DNA of 50,091 nucleotides from Macrostomum lignano (lineage: Eukaryota). The stretch is taken from the NCBI GenBank assembly GCA_002269645.1, contig NIVC01004332.1, forward strand, positions 1-50,091, written 5' to 3'. The translations under genes and the position numbers were made by a program. Numbering within the stretch: the first letter of the stretch is position 1; every line of letters starts with the position of its first letter. Below, one piece after another: positions 36,101 through 46,600 of the stretch. The notes under the pieces were generated by a model. That model was not told the DNA's origin. It saw only the letters and a list, made by a program, of their open reading frames with translations, and did no database searches.

Positions 36101-39100
36101 TCTAAAGTTCAATTTTTTTTAGGTTTGTGAGTCTTGGTGCTTTGTGAGGCTTGGTGCTTTGTGAGGCTTAATGCTTTGTGAGGCTTAATGCTTTGTGAGG
36201 CTTGGTGCTTTGTGAGGCTTAATGCTTTGTGAGGCTTAATGCTTTGTGAGGCTTAATGCTTTGTGAGGCTTGGTGCTTTGTGAGGCTTGGTGCTTTGTGA
36301 GGCTTAATGCTTTGTGAGGTGAGGCTTGGTGCTTTGTGAGGCTTAATGCTTTGTGAGGCTTAATGCTTTGTGAGGCTTAATGCTTTGTGAGGCTTAATGC
36401 TTTGTGAGGCTTAATGCTTTGTCGGGCTGGCGCTTGTGAGGTTTGGCACTTGGTGAGGCTGGCGCTTGTGAGGCTTGGCACTTTGTGAGGCTCTGTGAAA
36501 GTGATCCATTGGGTAGAATGCTCTATTTATTATATCTACCCACACTACGAATATATTATCCCAAACAAGGATCTGGAATACTAAAGTAATGTTCTAGTGG
36601 TCCTTTTATTAGACTTTAGGAACTGCAAGTAAACTTGCTGTCATTTGAAATTTTTTTATTTTAAGACTTTCTTAAATTACTATTCTCTTCGTTATATACA
36701 CTATAAGTAGTTTTCACTGGTCAACTATGTACTTTGAAATTTTCTAATTCTGCATGCATACATTACTAATTAGATTAGAAAGCTACTAAAAGTAGTGTTA
36801 TGGCTTATAATAGCTTTAATTATACGACAATCCGCAGGTCCTAGTCGAGGCTCTTCAAGCCGAGCTCTCATTAAAGGAGGACCTGTCTCAGCTGATAGCC
36901 GGCCTGCCAGAAGACTGGCAGGCCACCCTGAACCGGCGAGTCACCGAACTCGCCGATCTGCGTCGTCGACTTGGCGACGTGCTGTCGGATATTGAGCTGG
37001 CGGCGAGGCGGCTGCGCGACCGAGGCGGCGAACTGGCCGCCCAGCTGCACCGCCTGGAGCGGGAGAATGCCGGCCTGCGGGATCGGCTGCGGACTGGCGG
37101 CGGCTCTGCCGGAATTTCCGCTCCGTTGACCCGTGAGTTTCTTAGAAACATCAACCGCTAAGAGAGTACGCGCACGATTTTTTTGAAATAGTAAAACAAA
37201 TTTTGGATGCCGTGTAGCCCAGTGGTCTGGCGCGGCGCTCTGATGCCGATTCCAAGTGCAGTCACATAAATTTGGGGCTAAATTGGAATCTGTCAGGGGA
37301 GTCAGCGAAATAGGCAGTAATGCCTTCTCGCCCGGCTGTGTGACAATGTCGCTTCTTAAAGTGCGCCAGGGTGCACGATGAAATCGGTACCAAGGCCAAG
37401 AAGCGTCCCTTAGTCACTTGCGTCCCGGCGCGTTGCCACCGGGTGGGGGGACACAGGGGCGGACATGTCCCCCTAGTAAAAGCTCTGGGGGGGACATGCC
37501 AATGCTTTGTCCCCCCCAACCCCACCTTGTGAGTCGTTGTGGTAATTAATAATTTTTCTTCAGGACGCCAAAATATAGCGCTTTCGGCGCCAAAATGAGT
37601 GCCTGCGGCGCCAAAATGAGTGCCTGCGGCGCTAAAATGAGTACTGCGGCGCCAAAATGAGTGCCTGCGGCGCTAAAATGAGTGCCTGCGGCGCTAAAAT
37701 GAGTGCCTGCGGCGCCAAAATGAGTGCCTGCAGCGCTAAAATGAGTGCCTGCGGCGCTAAAATGAGTGCCTGCGGCGCTAAAATGAGTGCCTGTGGCGCC
37801 AAAATGAGTGCCTGCGGCGCTAAAATGAGTTCCTGTTGCGCTAAAATGAGTGCCTGCGGCGCTAAAATGAGTGCCTGCGGCGCTAAAATGAGTGCCTGCG
37901 GCGCTAAAATGAGTGCCTGCGGCGCTAAAATGAGTGCCTGCGGCGCTAAAATGAGTGCCTGTGGCGCCAAAATGAGTGCCTGCGGCGCTAAAATGAGTTC
38001 CTTTTGCGCTAAAATGAGTGCCTGCGGCGCTAAAATGAATGCCTGCGTCGCTAAAATGAATGCGTAAATGAGGGCCAAAATTTAGTCATGTACATGTTGA
38101 ATTCTTGGCTTTGTCCCCCCTCAGATCCGTTTTCGCGATTTTAAAATTATTTTATGTAGAAAAATTTAATTTCAGAAAAAATTTTCGTATAAAGGAACAC
38201 AACATCATTTTTCACTGAAAAATTAGTCTAATAAATTTGTCACGTGATTTGATAGTCTACTTAAATAGTAGACTATTTAGTTGCAGAATGATAAAACAAA
38301 AAACTTAGTTAAAACACAGTCACCAGTTAGAATTTACTCTTTGTAAATGTACACCATTGTTGTGGTTTTGTCTCGCATAGAGACGCCTAACCGCAGTACC
38401 CTGTGACACTTGTCTCTGCCTGGCTGAAAACTTGTAATGAGTTAGTAGGCTGGGTTGGAGGGTAATAGTCGATCAGGAAGGGCTGTGGGTAGCTGTATAG
38501 GAAGGCAGGCCTATACCTGTTCCAGTTGGTGCTCTGACGGTCCCCCTCGGAGTGCCATCTGAGCGAACAGCCAGCGACCCTATTAAAGCTGGAGTGTGCC
38601 AGAACCAGGACTGAGTCTGAGCAGGACGAGACCGTTGGCACGGTCACCATAGAAATGGTGGGTTGGCGAAGCAAAGGGTGAAATAGTCCCGGCGATTAGC
38701 CCTCCTGCCGCTTCAAAGATAAGAGACTGTCTTGGCAAGAGTACCCGGGGTTTAGTTGGGGGGGGGGGGAGGCTCCTTCGGTTGCCACGGCCGTGGGGGC
38801 GGTCATATGACCGGTTTTTTGGCTCTACTAACCCTGGTGAAGGCACGGGCTTCCCTGATTGGTTCTCTCAACCCCCTCTGGCCCCGGGAGGTTTTGATCT
38901 GAGCTTGGAGTAGGTTTAACGCCCTGAAGGCAGGGGGTAGGGCCCGCCCTTTGCCCGACTGGTGTTGCCTGCTCAGCTTGTTGGCCACAGTCACTCTCAC
39001 TCTAGCTTGGAAACCTTGTGTACCTGAGTACACTCCTAATCTGGAACCTTAATTATTACTAGTGGCGTAAGAGCCTGCTCAATGGCTCAGGCGCCGGATT

Positions 39101-40580
39101 ACTTATTTAGTTTAGTTTTAGTTAGTACACCATTGTTGTAAAATATCTTTCGGAAACAATGCGTTTAATGTCAATACGCCTACTTAGAGTAGACACTTAG
39201 CAATCTAGACGAAAAAATTGCGAATTCTCTCCAATCAGGACGCCGCAGCGTAGGTCCCACCACCGAGTCCACCGATCTGCTGCTGCACGCCGTCTGCCGG
39301 CTGGACGACTTCGAGCTGCTCAGAAAAGAGTCGCGCGAAAATCTTCGAGAAATACGCAGCGCCAAAAATCGAGTAGACGAACGCGCTACGCACTATAGAA
39401 GCCTGGGCGTGCTGGAGCGATCGCAGAGTGTGGATTACAGCTTGTTAAAGCATCTGGCCAGAGAGCTGGCGGGAATCCAGTTCTATGCTGAGGAGCGCGA
39501 CAGGCTGCTCAATAAATTCTGGATTTGCGAGCTGCCGCCATGGCTGTTCATAGTCGGCAGGTGCGAATTCATTAGCAAAATGTGTCCCCCTGAATCCAAT
39601 CTGCAATTCCTAGAATCGAATCCCCAATTCCTAGAATCGAATCCCCAATTCCTAGAATCGAATCCCCAATTCCTAGAATCGAATCGCCAATTCCTAGAAT
39701 CGAATCCCCAATTCCTAGAATCGAATCCCCAATTCCTAGAATCGAATCCCCAATTCCTAGAATCGATTCGCCAATTTCTAGAATCAAATCCCCAATTCCT
39801 AGAATCGAATCCCCAATTCCTAGAATCGAATCGCCAATTCCTAGAATCGAATCCCCAATTCCTAGAATCGAATCCCCAATTCCTAGAATCGATTCGCCAA
39901 TTCCTAGAATCGAATCCCCAATTCCTAGAATCGAATCCCCAATTCCTAGAATCGAATCCCTACTTCCTAGAATCGAATCCCCAATTCCTAGAATCGAATT
40001 CCCAATTCCTAGAATCGAATCCCCAATTCCTAGAATCGAATTCATCCCCGATTCCTAGAATCGAATCCCCAATTCCTAGAATCGAATTTATCCCCGATTC
40101 CTAGAATCGAAATTATCCCCGATTCCTAGAATCGAATCCCTTATTCCTAGAAACGAATCTTTAATTTCTAGAATGGAATCCACGATTCCTAGAATTGAAA
40201 GTAACCCTAGAAACGAATGTAGTTTTCTTAGAAATGAAATGGAATTCCTGGAAATTCACAACTAATCTTCCAAAATCGTAATTCGAATTCTCTGACGCAA
40301 CTAATCGAAATCCCCGATATTCTCCATCCCGTTATCAAAGGCCCGCTATTATCACCAGTACCTGCACCAGGGCTCAGCCAAGCCCAACCTTGAAGCGGAG
40401 CGCTGGAAAGGTCGCTACGCGGCTCTCAAAGAAATGCTCGAACAGCGACTATCAAGCGACGAGGCCCGATCGGTGTTCAATGAGAATTTCTCCGGAGCCG
40501 AGACGCTGCTTTCGGTTGCCAGACACAATCTCGAACGAGCCTCATCTCCGGCTGAAAGCGCGTACACCGTGCACTTTTGA
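23813..40580 (+). CDS. Gene B: centrosomin-family coiled-coil protein, ~1293 aa, full CM2-like C-terminus, no recognisable CM1. Exons 23813-23992, 24274-24375, 25136-25673, 29521-29637, 30514-30956, 31619-32047, 32634-32942, 33496-33747, 34315-34571, 34901-35035, 35796-36066, 36838-37132, 39239-39552(or 39560), 40341-40580
   Basis: GT-AG junctions with consistent phases (0,0,1,1,0,0,0,0,2,2,0,1). Long heptad-type helices. C-terminus [15 protein letters not shown]...[11 protein letters not shown]...[12 protein letters not shown] resembles myomegalin/CDK5RAP2 CM2 (H.LG.I+DY.AL; L+..FW...LP; .L..AR.NLE). The last junction is uncertain and the 30514 acceptor is weak. Confidence 0.72.
24013..24160. 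repeat. (TATC)n microsatellite, gene B intron 1
   Basis: Seen directly. Confidence 0.92.
24535..25100. repeat. ~32-33-bp minisatellite (cgcctgttagacacacgtgttagataatacct), gene B intron 2
   Basis: Direct tandem repeat. Confidence 0.9.
25750..25900. repeat. Dispersed repeat, second copy of 1830-2025 (with an internal deletion)
   Basis: Shared sequence blocks with 1830-2025. Confidence 0.7.
26049..26362 (-). mobile_element. tRNA-derived CORE-SINE, second copy
   Basis: Diverged reverse complement of 5978-6290, including A/B boxes, CORE-like domain and tail. Confidence 0.88.
26803..27714 (-). CDS. Intronless secreted protein, 303 aa: signal peptide, PAN/apple-like Cys domain and LamG/ConA-like (pentraxin-type) domain; nested antisense in gene B intron 3
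   Basis: [19 protein letters not shown] signal peptide; S...CAFLCSQ...C..WS....C apple pattern; [51 protein letters not shown] are typical LamG-like motifs. Confidence 0.88.
   Translation of the reverse strand: MLLLLPLLLGLLFCLGANAELHSSISLGGCVVPQTPQHSLTASSARMCAFLCSQLRRPCITWSHRAGVCNMSDSLQTASLTNDTDCQAWSALRQLGLVAFWPMSNATRTRNAVSNSGHLDLQENIPMQYTDSAVNFTGQSGVSERFNIDELTSVCLTSFTMSVWVKVTNPARGAMPLLEGLTMPSSCHTRFWLHPTTTDIEFTVASKVRVSGPTDTASGWTHIAAVYDKQTPEIRILVNETRQATSGSATALTSCVNFGSSVQIGAVSRNAGHNRVFQGFMRCFGVSERALSDSEVALLQGLC
28040..28255. repeat. 24-bp minisatellite (cttgtctatggtcaatactcccaa)
   Basis: Direct tandem repeat, about 9 copies. Confidence 0.92.
29030..29345. repeat. CT-rich low-complexity tract
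   Basis: Seen directly. Confidence 0.85.
29685..30025. repeat. 18-bp minisatellite (aaccttcaccaaaaccag), gene B intron 4
   Basis: Direct tandem repeat. Confidence 0.92.
30185..30390 (-). mobile_element. Possible LINE ORF2 C-terminal relic
   Basis: One minus frame ends [16 protein letters not shown], preceded by scattered C/H residues resembling a decayed CCHC motif. Weak evidence. Confidence 0.3.
31035..31345. repeat. 10-bp minisatellite (ttgggattca), gene B intron 5
   Basis: Direct tandem repeat. Confidence 0.9.
33005..33345. repeat. 20-bp minisatellite (acctgtgatatgttagacac), gene B intron 7
   Basis: Direct tandem repeat; shares tgttagacac with 24535-25100. Confidence 0.9.
35095..35645. 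repeat. 31-bp minisatellite (ttttcttagaaacttaaccatgaaaaagtga), gene B intron 10
   Basis: Direct tandem repeat. Confidence 0.92.
36130..36495. repeat. 17-bp minisatellite (gctttgtgaggcttaat), gene B intron 11
   Basis: Direct tandem repeat. Confidence 0.92.
37565..38065. repeat. 21-bp minisatellite (gcgctaaaatgagtgcctgcg), gene B intron 12
   Basis: Direct tandem repeat. Confidence 0.92.
38364..39124 (+). mobile_element. 761-bp GC-rich non-autonomous retroposon-like insertion with 15-bp target-site duplication
   Basis: GTACACCATTGTTGT at 38349-38363 and 39125-39139; 3' stem-loop GGCG..GAGCC/GGCTC..CGCC; TTTAG-like tail; no coding capacity seen. Confidence 0.72.
39595..40200. repeat. 21-bp minisatellite (aattcctagaatcgaatcccc), gene B intron 13
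   Basis: Direct tandem repeat; produces the spurious LESNPQF extension of ORF 39409-40104. Confidence 0.92.
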
Positions 40581-40769
40581 ACCCTGGCGAATCCTATAGA
40601 ATAAGTCAATTAGTTGGCCACTACTTCAAGTGAATTGATATTTTCTGCTTTCTCTGTCACGCGCGCGGCTTCTCTGCACTACACCAGTGACTGCGCGTAC
40701 GCGGAGGTATGGCCGGCCTCGCCCGATTGAAAACCCACGATTTGGTAGCCTATAAAGCGCCTCTAAGAC

Positions 40770-41440
40770 AGCCTGTCATCGCCCCCTATGGCGCCCCCTC
40801 AGCGCCCTCTTTGGCGCACCCTCAGCACCCCTATGGCACCCCCTCAGCGCCCTCCACGGCTCACCCCAGCACATCTATGGCGCCCCCTCAGTGCCCTTTA
40901 TGGCGCACCCTCAGCACCCCTAAAGCACCTCTTCAGCACCCTCTATGGCGCCCCCCACAGCACCCCTATGGCGCCCCCACAGCACCGTATGACACCCCCA
41001 CAGCACCCCTGTGGCACCCCCCACAGCACCCCTGTGGCACCCCCACAGCGCCCTCTATGGCGCACCCCACAGCACCCCTATAGCACCTCTTCAGCACCCT
41101 CTATGGCGCCCCCCACAGCACCCCTATGGCGCCCCCCACAGCACCGTATGGCACCCCCCACAGCACCCCTGTGGCACCCCACAGCACCCCTATGACACCC
41201 CCCACAGCATCCCTGTGGCACCCACAGCACCCCTATGGCACCCCCACAGCACCCCTATGGCACCCCCACAGCACCCCTATGGCACCCCCACAGCACCCCT
41301 ATGGCACCCCCCACAGCACCCCTATGGCACCCCCCACAGCACCCCTATGGCACCCCCTCAGCGCCCTCTATGGCGCACCCCACAACACCCCTATAGAACC
41401 TCTTCAGCACCCCTATGGCGCCACACCTTCAGCGCCCCTA
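40770..41440. repeat. ~21-23-bp GC-rich minisatellite (cagcacccctatggcacccccca)
   Basis: Direct tandem repeat. Confidence 0.9.
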
Positions 41441-44394
41441 TGACAAATGCGAGCGTTATCACGGATTCACTTTTGCCTTTTTTGCGTATTTATTGCATCT
41501 ACGAGTACTTATAGTTTCAATTTCCATTCTTCGTATTCACAGAAGAAAAAAGTTTAAATTGCCGCGTTGTTGTTTCTATCAGCCAAAATTCCATAGAAAA
41601 ATATACAGGTAGCTGATTACTGGGCTTTACTGGATACACTTATCACAGATTTACTAAACGGTCACAAATTTTTGTTTTATTAATTTATATACGAGTACAG
41701 TATAGGAGTTATAACTATAAGATCTAACATTTTCATGTACATGTATTTGGACTAATTTGTACTGTTTGTTACTATAGTACGAAATATACGAGTATGTACA
41801 TGTATAGTAAATGCATATTATGCTGGCTGCTTGTTCTTCGCACATACATGTACTATACTAGTAGGCTTTTATTTGCCTTTCACGCGCGTTTGTCGAATGT
41901 CGATGTGAAATAAAATTCAAACAGGCAGTTTACGTGGATCACAACTGTTTTTGGGAGTTATTAAAAATATCTTTTTCTGAATCTGCCACCCTTCGAAGCA
42001 ATCATTGAAATGAGAGTAGAATGATCGAGAAGTACACACATGTACATTTACATACATGTACTTTACTTGGTATGTACATGTAGAGCTCAAAGTAAAGAGG
42101 TACAGTAAAGGTGCAGCTAGGTAGGATCGATGACTATAGATAAGAAGCACACATGTTGCAATTATGTCTCGGATCTATCCATTTCAAATACTGCTACAAA
42201 AGAAGACTTTCGGTGTAGCTGTAGTAGTAGCCATACACTTGTGCATGTATGTATTATTTGAGCCAGTGAAGTACTTTTTTATATTTATAAATTTTTATAT
42301 GCAGGGTTAAGCGCGTCATCTAAATGTACATGTAAAATTTAATTTGGTAGTTATCTGAAGGCGCCTGCTTCCTAGTGCTTGCGTGACAATGATGATTTTA
42401 CTTCTGGTGTTTTATATTTTGCAATGTACATGTACAATCCAAATTATGCTTGAACCTCACATTTATATGCTTATAATAGTGCAGTGTTAGAATTGTATAC
42501 GCATTTTTAACTGCATGGTCGCTAGTAAATAAACTTATATTAATCGATATCACAAAGCCTATACATGTACAATTAGTTTAAAGCTCAACACGACGCAAAA
42601 TTAAATAACTCTCTCTCGGCATCGCTCTCTAACAGTATCTGTCTCCCAGAAGCGCCCCGGCCCCCTGGCCTGGTCTCTAAGTTTGGGCGCCATCGTCTCC
42701 CTCTCTCAGTAGGTATTTCCACGCGATGCCTTGTAGTTGGCTGAAACTGCATACAAGGAAGGTACAGTACGTGGGATACATGGCCATTTTACTGTTATTC
42801 ATATCGAGCTTTCGTGGTGAATTTTTCCCTTTCGTTTGGGCGGGCGCAATTTACGGAAAATTGCATGGTATTGTACATCGGGGCTTGCAGGAAACTATAT
42901 TAGGCAATAATGGGGCGCAATTTATGGGATGCATTGTTTTGACGGATGAGGGTTATCCTGCTTGAAAAAGGTAAAAGAAATATTGTACGTCGGCTCCAAT
43001 GTAGCCATTGTGAGAGCTTCTCACGGGCCGGGCCGTATAAATTAGTTATGTAAATTCAAAATAAATAATGGCAAAAAATTAGTTATACAAGACTATCAAA
43101 AATATCATGCTACATATAATTTTACCCTATTAATTTTGTACCGCATGGCTTTCCTAGTCTTCTTGGCAAAATTGCTTGTAACATTTGTTCAAATTCGTAA
43201 AGTTAAATTGCATTGACAAAAAATTTACGCATTTTTAAAAGATGTTCTCCCTCAAGCCCGCTCCATAAACTGGCACTGAGAGGCAGGAGAGCGTGATCAC
43301 TAGGCCTAACCTTAGTACAGCCTACTTCGTCTACTTAAACAACTGTGTATCTGTGGAAAAAAGTTTTTCTGCCTTGTTTGGCTTCGCTTCCCTTTTAATT
43401 GTAACTCCCCACCACCTAGCCCTATGATCTATGTCTAAATCTGTTTTTTTTATTTTAGTCTAGCCTAGCCTAGCTTGCCTTAGGCCTACTTTGTCTATGC
43501 TCGGCCTGCCCATAGCTAATTTCCTAGACCTGCCTGGCCCTTAGCAAAGAAGAGCAATGCTTTGTCTTTAGTATAGGGCCTACTTCTAACAGAGGCATGG
43601 AGTTCCCATGGACACTGCTAGGGCTAGTATACCGCAAGCCGGCACTAGCCCTAATCTATATCAGATCAGATTGAAATGTTAAATGTAAGTATCCTAGGCT
43701 AGGCAGCCTAGCAAACATCCTTTGACTACGGGCCTATGACTACATGTCTTAAGAGTTATAGGGCAAATGGTTTAAGCTGCAGTAAAGTTAAAGTAGGCCT
43801 AAGTGAGCTGGCTAGGCCTAGTTCTTGTTGTAGTATTAGGTGAGGCCTAACTCTAAACTAGGGCTAGGCCTAGTTTCAATTTTAAATGTACTAGGGGCCT
43901 ACTAGGGTTAGGGTACATGACTAAGACTGCCACAGCTATTACTGGCTACTGGTATTGAGAAGAGCTACCAATCTTCTAGGCGCTAGCATTGCTATTCCTC
44001 TCCTAGACCTAGGTTCCTCTTTTGCAGCCTTGTCTTACTGGCTCTCCTACCTACTCATTAACTCATCTCTTTAGCACTATCCAATAATATATTGTGCCAA
44101 ATTCCTCCCTTAGCTCCTCAAGTGTGGCCATCTTGGTATGTGGTAGTCTTGGTCTTATAAGTTATACCATGTTATAAGGGCCTATCTTAGTACTAGAAAT
44201 AGCCTAGTAACCTACCTAGGCAAACTGGACTTAGTATTTAGGCCTAATATATAATCTTGTGATTTTTTACTACTTTAGCCTAACTTTCAATTATATGTAG
44301 CTTTTTAAAATTATATTTATCCCTATTGGAATAGAATTAGCAAAGCCTGTAAACGCTGCATTGAGCATTACGAAAGATAGGCTCTACTTCAAGT

Positions 44395-45062
44395 TCAAAG
44401 GGTGAAAGTAGTTGTTATTTGTCTAGTGACTAGACAAATAACCTTTTGCTATTTCGGTTTTTTGTTAAAGACAAGATGCAAAATCGCACCTTAGGCTTTA
44501 CTCATTTTCAATATGCAATTTTAGGGCTCAAAGTGCAATTTCTCTTTTTCTTATTTTAAAGCAGTGCAAATAAGGTTTTAATAGAAAAATAATAGGTTGA
44601 GACCACAGTTACGTTTCAATTTCAGGGTGCAATTTTTTGATTTAAGGTGCATACATTCTATGCACAAAAATAAACCTAGTTGCTATTTGTCTAGTTAAAT
44701 TGCTAACATGAATATCTATTTGTTTAGTGATAAATATTCTAGATTTTTAAGACCTTTTCTAGTATCCTGATTAATATTTTGTTATACTAGTGCAAGCAAA
44801 GCAGATATATGTAATGCATATATGCAATTTGGCATAATTTGGTATACAAGTAAAAGTCTTTAAAATCTTGGAATATTCACCCTTGGAGTTTCTATAAAAT
44901 AGAATATCAATTTAACTAGACAAATAACAAAATGCCTATTTGTCCAGTATTAACTAGATGAATAAAGAAAGATGGCTATTATCCAGTAACCAGACAAATA
45001 GGCCCTAACCACATTGCTATTTGTCTGGTCACCAAACAAATAACAATTGCCAAGGGTGAAAA
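44395..45062. mobile_element. MITE-like repeat region with TIR-like CACCCTTGG/CCAAGGGTG (44876-45062) and repeated CTAGACAAATAAC motifs
   Basis: Perfect palindrome gttatttgtctagt-g-actagacaaataac at ~44415-44443; the motif recurs about 7 times in both orientations. Confidence 0.4.
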
Positions 45063-45399
45063 CCTACAGATGTGTGCTTGAAAATAGTGTCAATTTATTA
45101 TATAATATATTGCACTGTACACCTTTAGCATTATTAAATGATGTTCCAAAAGAGCATTTTTTGTCATAAATCAAAATTTGCTAATTTTTAAAAGCTCAAA
45201 TTTTTGACTTTTTTTATTGTATATAATTAAAAAATCTCATTCCTATCTTATTACTTGTATTAGTCTCTATTGCAAACCAAAATTAACTAAATTTTGAATA
45301 AAAAGCTTAAGGAAACTCATTTTAGGCAAATTTGTAGCTACTTAAAGTACCAATGTAAGATAAGATGCAACAGTCATGATTGCAAAATAAAAATATCAG

Positions 45400-45642
45400 A
45401 GTATTATGATGATAGTATTAATCCATTCTCTGACCAAGTTTATGTGTAAAGACTGGCTTATCATCTATTATATAAGTCTTGTCTTTTGCACTAAGTTGGT
45501 GTGCGCGCCACCTTGGAAGGCTTCTCTATTTGTGCTGCTAATTTATTGTCACTTGGATATCTGGCAACCTATTCTAGCATTACAGGTTGTTAGTTTTCTG
45601 TCCTTTTTAAACAGAAACACCTGTTTTGTATGCCTGATAATC
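45400..45642 (+). ncRNA. SNORD17: Box C/D snoRNA, SNORD17/snR65-like long form, copy 1
   Basis: C box ATGATGA 45406-45412; guide TTAATCCATTC then D' CTGA 45430-45433, complementary to LSU GAAUGGAUUAA; candidate D box 45634-45637 gives ~240 nt. The 3' end is uncertain. Confidence 0.65.
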
Positions 45643-45817
45643 CAATATGACTGCATGCATACTTGGAGATTGCTGTCAAGATGTTAAATTTGGATCTGAA
45701 TGACTCTGATAAACTTGATAGTATCTGTAAATTTTCATATTGCAGTTGTATTAAACAATATTATCAAACTAATTATCAAAAATGCTTGTTTAATTATCAA
45801 AAAACCCCAGCCTATTT

Positions 45818-45897
45818 GAATGTATAAATGATGCTACCCAACGTGTTTTGAGTCACAATGACTATGAATTAATAAAAAGAAACGATAACTGATCAAT
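45818..45897 (+). ncRNA. Candidate orphan box C/D snoRNA
   Basis: C-like ATGATGC 45828-45834; D CTGA 45889-45892; no target recognised. Confidence 0.35.
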
Positions 45898-46083
45898 TTA
45901 CTTTTGTGTGCTTATTTACAACTTACTTAATCAATATTTGCACCTATGTCCCTCTAAATATCGTTCTTTGTTTACACACATTTGCAGACTTGCTGTTTTT
46001 CCCTTGTCACGAGCAATTAACAAAAGCAAATCTGCTTCTGAAAATGTAAGTTCTGAAACATCTGGTACTTTAACAATTTGCTT

Positions 46084-46172
46084 TTTTAATTTAATGATGA
46101 ATACTTGACAAGCATATGTCGGAATGCACTCTTGTGCTTTCTGTAGATACTATTTTCATTCTGAATTTTAAA
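46084..46172 (+). ncRNA. SNORD27: Box C/D snoRNA, SNORD27/snR74-like (SSU Am28 equivalent)
   Basis: C box 46094-46100; guide GACAAGCATATG (12 nt, complementary to SSU CAUAUGCUUGUC) then D' CGGA 46120-46123; D box CTGA 46161-46164. The +5 rule hits the A in CAUAmUGC. Confidence 0.85.
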
Positions 46173-46341
46173 TTTATTCAATCAACTTTTAGGCATTGGC
46201 GCTGTCTCATGTATGGCATTGGCGAATTTTATTTCAACTAACTTTTGCAAATTTTAGGAGCTGGCATACAAAAATCGCCTACAAAGTCTTACAACATTTA
46301 TTCGGTGAGTTTTTCTTCGAAACTGTGAAACATTTGTCAGA

Positions 46342-46600
46342 GAAACGATGATGAATGCTTTAATCCATTCTCTGACTGAGCTTTTCAAATGTGCTTGAAT
46401 AGTTATGAAAGGTCTTCCAAATTGGGGTTTTTTGCCTCTATTTGTTAACCTTTTCTTTCAGGCACAAATTTGATTTGCTGGTGTGCGCGCCAGCTGGCTT
46501 GAACAGGCTCTCTTAGTGAAGTGCTGACTATTATTGTCACTTTAGGGTTTGCTTCAAGGGTGCTCGCTAAATTCCTTTTTATAGTCGAAGACTGATTATT
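46342..46600 (+). ncRNA. SNORD17: Box C/D snoRNA, SNORD17/snR65-like long form, copy 2
   Basis: C box 46348-46354; guide TTAATCCATTC then D' CTGA 46372-46375; shares TGGTGTGCGCGCCA and TTATTGTCACTT with copy 1; candidate D box 46592-46595. Confidence 0.68.

Noticed and set aside
37205-37260. tRNA- or SINE-like head (TAGCCCAGTGG)
   Set aside because: A-box-like only; no B box or cloverleaf.
42388-42420. C box with 9-nt SSU complementarity (TTTTACTTC); similar lone C-like box at ~45130
   Set aside because: No D box or terminal stem at a suitable distance.
43905-43915. TTAGGG telomeric motif
   Set aside because: Only one or two units; not an array.
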